Assembly: GCA_030141605.1 (NCBI GenBank) | Contig: JAQGDQ010000195.1 | Coordinates: 186,001-250,000, forward strand | From: Tubiluchus corallicola | Lineage: Eukaryota; Animalia; Priapulida | Length of the DNA: 64,000 nucleotides | Reading direction: 5' to 3' | In this document: positions 48,978 to 64,000 of the stretch, one piece after another | Layout of the letters: each line of letters opens with the position of its first letter | Numbering within the stretch: position 1 is the first letter of the stretch | Position numbers and translations under genes: made by a program | The notes under the pieces: model-generated | Told to the model about the DNA's origin: nothing | Seen by the model: the letters and a program-made list of their open reading frames with translations, nothing else | The model's database searches: none

Positions 48978-49060
48978 AGTGATTTTGTGTGAACTACCGA
49001 CATGTTATATACGGGATAGTGCAAGCGACCTGGCTCGTAGTGACGTCACGGTGACGTGCA
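48978..49060 (-). promoter_or_regulatory. Candidate PLA2 core promoter: CRE, TATA box, initiator
   Basis: TGACGTCA at 49041-49048, TATATAA at 49011-49005, TCACT at 48982-48978 (A 31 nt from TATA), donor CAG|GTAGC at 48952 and acceptor CTTAACCTACTTTTACAG at 48846 defining a 5' UTR intron. Confidence 0.65.
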
Positions 49061-50565
49061 GCTCGTCCAGGTATGCTAAGGATTTCCTTCAATGCAAAGT
49101 GAAAACAGTTTGTCTAGGACTGAGGAGAAGAACGTTTAAACTGTTATGGCGGAGTTGATGGTTAGACAAGACATGGTCACAAAAAACGAAGAATTTTGAA
49201 AACTAAATCTTTTCGTTTGAAAACTCGTAAAACTTTACTTAACGACATTTCCTGAAGCTCTATAATATGTTGTCAAGTAGCCCGTGGGCCTAGGATAGCG
49301 AATCCTTAGGGGTGATCATAGACTAAAAAGTAAGTTTGTTCAGCTGTCCTTTTTCATTTCATTAATTTCACATGTAGTACATGTATTACGCCAGATTTGC
49401 AATATCCATTAGTACATACGAGTGGCCAAGCAGTTAACGCAACGGACTGTGGGCTCTACTCTGTGTAGCAGAAAAAAATTATTCATGCAAGGCTTGTATG
49501 GTATTTTGTTTAGTATTAGTTACTGTGTAAGTTTTCTTTCTAAATTGCAGCACTACATTATGTACTTGATTACCTTGCTTCTTTTATTGCAAAGTTCGTT
49601 GATGCAATTACTATACTTGTGTTGCAGCTAACAAACACAAAAGTTTCAATAATTATGACACATTTTACAATATCACAGAAGAGGTGCATTCTTCAATGAT
49701 GCTTCAATGATACGAGACGAGTTCCAATCTCACGACCAAATTTAGCGGCATAAAAAGCTGTTTTCTATGTTATTTATTCGTGGCGTCTCAGTGTTGTTGT
49801 GTTGTGTTCGTTGATAGTCGCTTATAGTTGGTGTAGTAGCCTATGCCTAATATTGTCTATTACCCTAGCAACTATAAGATTAGAGTAGATTAGTTTATTT
49901 CAGCATAAAAGCCCTAAAAAAACATAAAAACATTACATCACATGACAACAAAATAATCACTTAAAAGTTCACTAAATATACTACACTCAGTAAAAAACCA
50001 TTCACCACTGTCAGGCTTAACGATGTCTATTTACAAACAGACTGTTATTCCACATCTTAAAGTAACAAGATTGTATGATTCCCACGTAGTAGATAGCTAG
50101 TAGATGTTTATTGTTCACAAATTCTAGTAATCGTTTTCTTATACTGTAAGAGGTTTCCAATAAAGTTGCGAAAAATATGGCAATGTTGATTTTGCACACG
50201 TGCCAGAAGCACCACAATCATATTATAGACTTTCTAGATATGGCCAATGAAGATAAACTGATTATTCTAATAGGGAAGGAATGATGTGGATATTTTAAAT
50301 ATAGTGTGTAACTATGTAAAATATTGCTTTACGAATGGGTCATGAATTTAATTGCTAATACTTAAAGGGATGCTGCACCAATAATCTAAATTCTGTTTTT
50401 ATATTATTTTTACTTTATATGGGTTTTATATATCAATATGCGATGCTGTCCTACCTTTGTAAATGTGTAAATATTTTGTTTTTGTTTCTGTTTTTATAAA
50501 TTCTTTAATTGTACTTTTTTGAGCACGTGTGTTATGTAAATGACTGTAACAATTTGTATTAATGT

Positions 50566-50800
50566 TTACCCAACAAACATATCAAATATGTCATATGGTA
50601 ACTTAAACAGCTTCCTGGTACAACGTTTACCATTGTTATAACGCAACGCGTACTTTGTTAAAGAATGAACTGTCAAATTCCGCACATAATGACGTACAGT
50701 AAAATTACGACAATAACTCTTAAAAAGTTGCAATTTAAATGCAATTAGAGGGAACACAACGAGAATTTTCTACTTAATAAGTTAATACGAGCATAGAATG
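50566..50800 (-). mobile_element. LINE relic (RTE-X-like)
   Basis: FKLQLFKSYC...LRYNN...RKLFKLP...MFV resembles the post-RT region of RTE-X elements. Confidence 0.5.
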
Positions 50801-50929
50801 GATAAGTTTAATTTTTGAATATTCTCAGTGATAGATAAATTAGAATAAATTGTGGCCTAAATATTTTTCTTGTCGACTAACAGCCAGATTATGTAAGCAT
50901 CTTTGTATTTTTGGTAATTTTTTGTTTAA

Positions 50930-51560
50930 TAAATTGGTACACAAAATAACTGTTACCAAAGTAAACAAAACAAACATATCAAAGGCACTACTCAAACACA
51001 CAATCAATTACTCGGTCCACCCTCATCGAAAGCCAGGGCTGAACTTCTAATAGTTCAAATAATCCAAAAATATTTTATCATCAGGCTCCAGATTATTTAA
51101 TTGAACTAATAAACGTCTTTTGCCGAAATATAGAGTATTATCCCACCCACGAGACATCTCGTTTAAAACCTACAAAACATTTGTATAACAGTTTTTTTTC
51201 AAAAAGGCACAAAAATTCCGAACTCTTTACCCAGAGAATTTAAGGAAACATATAGACCCGAAATTACATTCAAAAACAAAATAAATATCTCATGGAACCT
51301 ACACAAAAATATTGTTCTCGATATCATAATGATCGGGCCAATCAAGTCTTTACTAATAGATACATAATAAATTTTTCTGAATTGAAAAGAGATATTTTTT
51401 AGAAACTTAACTGACGACCCAAATTTTACTTTTTTGAATGCGTGAAACATGGAGCCAGAGCTGCATTATTGGACGACCTACTCAACCACCAGATTGTAAC
51501 ACGGGAATCTTAATCAAATTATAATCCCGCAAGACTGTACAGAAATGTATGTGGAGAATC
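50930..51560 (+). mobile_element. LINE relic (CR1-group 3' region)
   Basis: NSLPREFKE...TFKNKI...FRNLTDDP in one frame with stops. Confidence 0.45.
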
Positions 51561-54500
51561 CAAAACTGGTCATCAATCTTGTTTTATTCTACAAAAATTA
51601 TTGCTGCTACTTACTTTGTACATACGTCTTATTAGTACTGTCGTTACATGAAAATTTTTATGTTGTTTTTACGAATTACATGTAACCCGTTCATGTATAA
51701 AAACTTAATCAATATCTGTGAATTGTATCTGAGCAAATTATTTGATCTAATAAATTAATTGTGATGCCCATTATTCTTTTATTGGTACTTTGCACTTAGC
51801 ACTTGCACCGTGGAGATGCTTGTATCAGATGTAGTCTGTATTCTAAATTTACTTAAAATAAATGAAGTTTATTTATTTATTTAGTACATTATTTCGTTAA
51901 ATAAATAAACTGAAAATGTAGGTATTAAACATTTCAAAGCTGTTTAGTGGCACACACACAAAATTATATCGTGAAACCAATTAGGATTAGAATTAGGGTT
52001 AAGTGTGGGTTTGGCGTCAGGGCTGGGTTAGGGTTAAGGTTAGGGTTAGGTTAGGCTATGGTGATGGTAACTATATTTAAACTGTAAACTCCTTCCCAAT
52101 TTTTTAAAAAAGCCACCAACAGTTTGTATCTGGCCCAACAGTGGTTCTTTGTCTATTCAGATAAACCTTTGGCCAGTGGTCCTTTAGTCGTTGGTGGTTG
52201 ATGTTTATACGGTCCATTGGAAACCTTTGACTGATGTCCTTTAGTCAACGGCCAGAAACTTTGAACCGAGTCGAAGGCGCACGATTCGGTCAAAGTTCCA
52301 TTTCAGCAATTGCTCTCTGATAAACCTAAGTGGGGAAATTATTAATACTATTTTTCCCTGTTGTATGTATATTGTAAGTTTTGACCTGATATTCAGCTGC
52401 TATATTAGTGTCCAATTTCATTGAGCGTCATACACGTAGCATACACATTTCTCTTTCTTTATGACTTCTGCAGCGTCTTAATTTGGGAAAGCTTTGACAT
52501 AGCTGGCTGTGGCTACTTATGAAAGATAATTAGGCTCATTCTGTAATCTCACAATTGCTAAATTGCGAAAGACAATCTTCTAAGTTGAGACATTTAAGCA
52601 GTGGAGAAGTTTTAGCCCAATCAGATGTGCACGCATCACTGGGTCATTGGGTCAGTACGGCAGATGAAACCACCCAGAAACTGTTTACATGCCAGACACT
52701 GATTCGTCTACTGACCAGACTTGGTGTTCGGACAGAGTGACCAAAGAGCGCTGCAGCAGTGACTGCTGTCTGCATACTTGTTACACTTTGCAATATTTCT
52801 CCACTTAGTTGTTACTGCAGCCTGGCAATACATGTACAGGAAAGGAAGGCGTGCTGTATTTTGAATGTCAGTAATAAGTTGCCTCTCGCATGCGAATTGA
52901 CACCATTATACCATGACTATAGAAATCATTAGAAACCCTAGCTGGCAGCCACTTGCAGAATAGTATGAAGAGCAAACCAGTATGGCGTATCATGATGACG
53001 GCCTGCGATGCGCTCTCTCTTTCTGTCGGATGGACACTAGAGTTGCCATCACTTTTGATTTGGTCAAGGTCTCCTGAAATTTAGCCATAGATTCGTAGTT
53101 CGGTCGGATTCTTGAAAAATTCGGAAACCTCCTGATTTCGACCATCACTTTGAAATTTAAGTGGAAATGCAACCTACATGCCATTGAAAATAAGCCAAAA
53201 AACAGCTAAGTCTCTGTTAATTACTCAAAGTAAGTTTAAACGGTTGCATGGCTTCATCATTTTCGTCCAATTTTACTCCAGCGACAAGTGCTGCAGAACA
53301 AGTATTCTCCCGCTTTAGCTTTAATTCACATAACAGAATGTGCTTAATAATTTGATTGGTAAGCCGATCCCAGAAAAGTTAAACGTGAGAAATTTGACTG
53401 GGATGAAAATCCAAAAAAAAATTGATGTACACTGCTTACACTTTTGTAAGTTTTTGAGCTTTTTGGCGTCTAAGATCAAGAATTTGTACAACTTTGAATT
53501 TCTTGATTTTAGTTTCCGAAACAAGACTTCGTAAAACATCTAAAATGCTTGCTTTCTGGGGCTCGGTCCCGGGTCCCACTAGGGTTGGAGGGGGATTACC
53601 GGCCCCCTTGACTCCTGATTTCGGTTCACATTCAACCCTAATGAACACATTCATTGTAGTTTAAAGGAAAACAGGACGATTTTCCACACCTGGTGCCATT
53701 TTGAAGTATGACATAAAGTATACATTTTAAAACCCACAATAATGCCAAGGTGTTTCAGACAATTAAGTAACAGGTTAGAAAGCTTAATTAACGGCGGCTG
53801 AGCTCAATTAGTGGTGGCATAACAACTGAACATAATTTTCAACAGCACAAATATTGCATGAGTGTGCTGCACATGTTTGTGAAAGAGAAAATTGAAGTAC
53901 ACTACCACTGTACAACATTTAGTGTGATGCACAAATATGATATGTTCATATATGTAAAAAATCAAAATGATAATGACAATAATATTGTGCAAGTCAAAAA
54001 TACGCTTCAATAAAAATATGTTTAAACTAAAAATATGCTTTAATATCGTCCACACTGTTATGACCCGCCTGCCGATTCTAATTTAAGCGCCAGGTTGGCT
54101 TCTCACCTGTGTTCTGTAACTTGATTTTGACCTAGTTAGTTGATTGTTATAGAGGTGGAAGTAATGTCGGCTGCTTAGGATGACACCTCTGATGTTTTGT
54201 TTTTGTTATTTTGTGTTCACTGGCAATAAAAATGAAGTCATGTCGCAAATGCATCTACATTTATTCACCATGTTTTTGTAACCAATTCCAACTCAAACAA
54301 CACATGCGCAATAATATTGACAATATTGATAATATTGAATATTGACAATATCATTGTACATGGTTAGGTCCCTTAATGTTAAGGTTTTAAAAACACCGGG
54401 TTCTGTTTGCTCAATAAAGTTGATGCCATATCCGAGCCTGTGACGCCATCATTTGGTATTATAAACAAGTAAAATACTTTAGACGCCAGTTAAAAGAGGG

Positions 54501-57500
54501 CAATGTGTTCCTTAAATTTCTGAAAGTTTAAGTAAAAACTTCGGAAAACTTCGAAAACTGAAGAAATGTTAGATAAAACAGGCTGTATCAAGGAGTAAAA
54601 AGTAATATTAACAGTGAAAATGAAAAGAAGACATAAGGGTGGTAGTAAAAAAATTATGATCACTTGATATTTTAATAAACGTGATGATTGCACGAAAAAC
54701 AAGACACAACCAAAAGCAGTAATTTTGAGTTTAAGAATACAAAAATAAAGGTTCGCTTTCACTACTACGACTGTTGCTGCTGCTCTGCATGCGCGGTCCA
54801 ACTGCAAACAAGTCGCACGGTGAACCGTGGCGTTGCTGCTCAAGTTTCAATTCACGTTCCATTAACCCCCTCCCCTGTCCAAGCCAGTCCCGCGCAGCAG
54901 CTGAAGCAATCAATTCGCCTCGCTTGTGAATCGCTGCTATCATATTCCTCATCAGTTTATTGTCATGCTGTCATTTATTCTGCTTGTAGCTCTGACTGTT
55001 ATGGGACAAGATAATCCTCTTCAGCTGAACAACATAAGAACAAGTTATAAATTGTTCTCAACTTCAGCTCGATCGATTTAGATTCTCTGATTAAGTGGCT
55101 TTTGTATGAAGACGGTGGCAGAATGAGTGTTGAGACGCGTTACCCCTCTGAAACATTTCCCCGTTAATTTACTTCATTAATGGCATTTGACAGTTGTCGC
55201 TTACAAGATTCGCTTTAAGCATTAGCTAAGTTTTAACTAACATATCTGCCCAAAGAGGGCGCTACCACGCAATGCGTAATTCTAAAGGTAAACTAAGTTA
55301 AGTGTACTGCAATTTCTAAATAAATAGTAATAATAATGATGTTATAAGATTTAAGCACTGTTGTGTGTTATCGTGAACAGATACACGAAGAAAGTATTTA
55401 ATACAGACGCAGTGTGGGTTAATAAGCTTAGACTTGTAACGAGGTGGACTTGCAATTTCTAACACACCACAAACAAATTATTTCAGCACATTCATCCATA
55501 AACAATGTAATTTTGTGAATAACAGTAACCATTATAATATGTGGGTCATGGTTTACATTTATCATTTTATCTTTTTAATTTGGTTCGGGCTTTCAAATTT
55601 TATATAAAGCAATTAATTCAAAGAATTTTAATGTTTACACATGTAATAAAATAATACAGTGAGTACGTTATTTTCACTGTAGACGCTGCGGAAAAATCCA
55701 CATTATATATGAACAAATTTGATGTGACTTAAACTAATGAATTTTTGCATAATGCATTGGAATGAAATGCACTGGAAGCGTAACGTTATGTAATGTAGTC
55801 TGACTTATATACATGTGCACATACGCAAAAGGAACGGAACGTAATGTGAAATCAAAGAAAATGTAATGACACGTAACCTAAATTACGCCATATGTTGAAT
55901 TAAATGAATATAATGGGGCCTAGGTGTAATGCTGTGTAACATAATGTGTAAGGCAATGAACTGTGCTATATCATATTGGCACATGTTAACGTATCTCGCT
56001 AAAGTGCAAGAAAACGCTCTTCATAAAGAAAAATTTAAAAATTCACTTACATGCTATCCTATTGCATACATGATTTGTGTTAGCAGTAACACTGTATAAG
56101 TCTTGTAAATTTAAACTCTTGTGATGACCTTATAAGCGCAGACATTTTAACGTTAAACCGTTTGAAACAAGTTTAGACAACTTTTGCAAAAGTTTAAAAT
56201 ACAGAATCTTGTGAATAACATCAATAACGTGTTTTTGGTGAGTCAATGGTGCACACTGGGATGGCGATGGAGTGCCGTTTTACCATTTGACGCGAATATT
56301 TTAAACATTTAAGAGTTTCTTTTGCAGTTACATAAGTGTTTCAAACAGATAAGCGTAATGGCAAGTAATATAAGTTTGTATGAAAAGTTCGGGTTGTGCT
56401 TTATAATTCCCCTATCTTCCTTTTAGGAAATATAGGAAAATAATCGTTTTCCTCTTCTGTACTTTCAACAATCAATTCACTATTATGCCGCGTGCATTCA
56501 GATGACGCAAGTTCCTGATTTGTTTATCTTAGCATCTCATTCATCCCGTTTTCAGCTTCCCTCTGGCTGCAGGCAGCATCCCGCGCAGCTTCTACACGCG
56601 CAGGAAATGCAAGCTCTTACACCGAGACCTATCCTGAAGCTATCGTTTCTTCCCGTAAACCAGACCAGGCAGGGTAGCGTTAGTGCAAAGCCAGACAAAC
56701 ATGACGGAGGTCATTCATTTATTTTTTTCTAATGAGCTTTTGAAGATACGGTGAGGCAAATACGTCCTGTGCAGTTGGGCAAGACAGAGCAGTGATGGCT
56801 GAATCTAGATGTTTTTATTAACTGCATTATGGTGGCGAGATGCCAATGGCTTCCCTGGAGGACTGGATCGGCCCTGTTGTTATGTTAAAAACAGATTTCG
56901 CTTGCCAGATGTAGGAAAGACTTGGACAGATATGGTGCTCTGTGTGATTCTTATACAGATTTGAATTTCCGAAACTATTGACGGATTACATTTTTTATGA
57001 AGTTTTAAGTCGACTTTTGCTTAATTTAGCGTGATATGTTTATATGTGTTTATGATCCTTACGTTTCATTGTTCTTAACCAGAGGAAAAAACTATTAACC
57101 GATCAAGAATCTTGAGTTCAGAAAAGAAAATGGTGGATCTGTCTAAAGGCATTACCTCGGAATACAAACCGAGTCAAGATCATTTTCGACAACAAACAAT
57201 TCAAGATTATTGAATCAAGATAAACAACTTCATCTTTTTCTGATTTCTCTGCAGATGCACCTTGCGCTTTGAAAATAGAAAAATTGTTTTGTCTATATCG
57301 GAAGCCTTAACTCAAAACAAAATGCTTCCATCTAATTTGCTGCGACAAACATCTGCCATCAGCTACAGTAATTTACAAAAGTATAAAGAGGAATTTTGTA
57401 ATTTAATCACGAGTTTTATGATTTATGTGCAATCAGACTTCTAAATATACGTTGCGTCGAATTAATCGAATTGTGATGCAAGTTGCGTGATATACGTGTT

Positions 57501-57587
57501 GCGTTTTGTGCTTGTGCGTAAGACCACATCTAAAGTTTCAAATTAAAGCGTCTTAGTATAAAATGAATAAAGAGCTTCTAATGTACG

Positions 57588-62878
<5,291 letters not shown>

Positions 62879-63019
62879 CCGCAGCTAAATTATTGTTTTA
62901 ATGATTAATTAGCCAAAACTTAGTAGAGCTATCTTTAAATTAGGATAGTATTTTAAGGGTTATACTTAGTATCTACTATTAGTTAAAACAAAAATTAGGA
63001 GAAAAAATAGTGAGTGAGA

Positions 63020-63500
<481 letters not shown>

Positions 63501-64000
63501 TAAGAAAAAATTAAAACAATAAACCGCCCTTACAAGATACAAAACATAAATTGAAGCTGAGCAGCAGAAACTAAAATACAACGAATTTGACCGACCAAGT
63601 AGCGCAATATACATTTGCTGGTGACACATTTACGATAAGCTGAACGCTTATACAATTAATGGTAGTATATGTTACATGAAATTAATTTTAAAATTGCAAT
63701 GATTGAATAACACACTTCTGATTGTTGGCAATGACAATAATTATAGTTGTTCATGAATTTTCTCTGTGTTTACGTGATCTACTTTATGAGTTTTTGAGCA
63801 ATAGGTAAACAGTTCGACTCTCTGCATTGTTTTTGTATTACTTTCGTTTCTAGAATGACCATGGCACATTTTGTTAAAGTTGTTTGAAAGCACTGCTAAT
63901 GACATTAAATTGTTGTAATTTTATTAAATTCGGTTTTGAAATAAGTAAACAATGCTTGGAGTCTCTCTCTCTCTCTCTCTCTCATTTTCTCTCTCTCTCT

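Noticed and set aside
51980-52056. TTAGGG/TTAGG-like run as a telomere remnant
   Set aside because: Only a few degenerate units; such runs are common inside non-autonomous elements.
54690-55050. CpG-rich block as the fj promoter or first exon
   Set aside because: Plausible (acceptor at ~57254 implies a 5' UTR intron), but no donor or TSS could be pinned down.

Overview
Eukaryotic, AT-rich, intron-rich animal DNA (invertebrate, plausibly arthropod; not determinable from sequence). Five host genes can be assembled by hand from homology plus splice signals: EMG1/NEP1 (minus, exons 1-4 only; the 3' exons appear to lie left of the window), a pyruvate dehydrogenase phosphatase with an uninterrupted CDS (PDP, minus) nested on the SAME strand inside EMG1 intron 1, GDPD1/GDE4 lysophospholipase D (plus, 9 exons, start codon only ~120 bp from the EMG1 start), a two-coding-exon group III secreted phospholipase A2 (minus) and a four-jointed-like Golgi kinase (plus, 5 coding exons, two consecutive GC-AG introns). 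Mobile DNA: an 8.1-kb full-length BEL/Pao LTR retrotransposon with identical 427-bp LTRs and a GTTAT TSD whose polyprotein frame is split by one in-frame TAA; it sits in a decayed R1-like LINE whose zinc-knuckle-coding end has been amplified into a 101-bp satellite with a 3-mer higher-order structure. Also a solo LTR, several MITE/DNA-transposon relics, SINE copies, LINE fragments, minisatellites and microsatellites. All family calls are from recalled motifs, with no database search.
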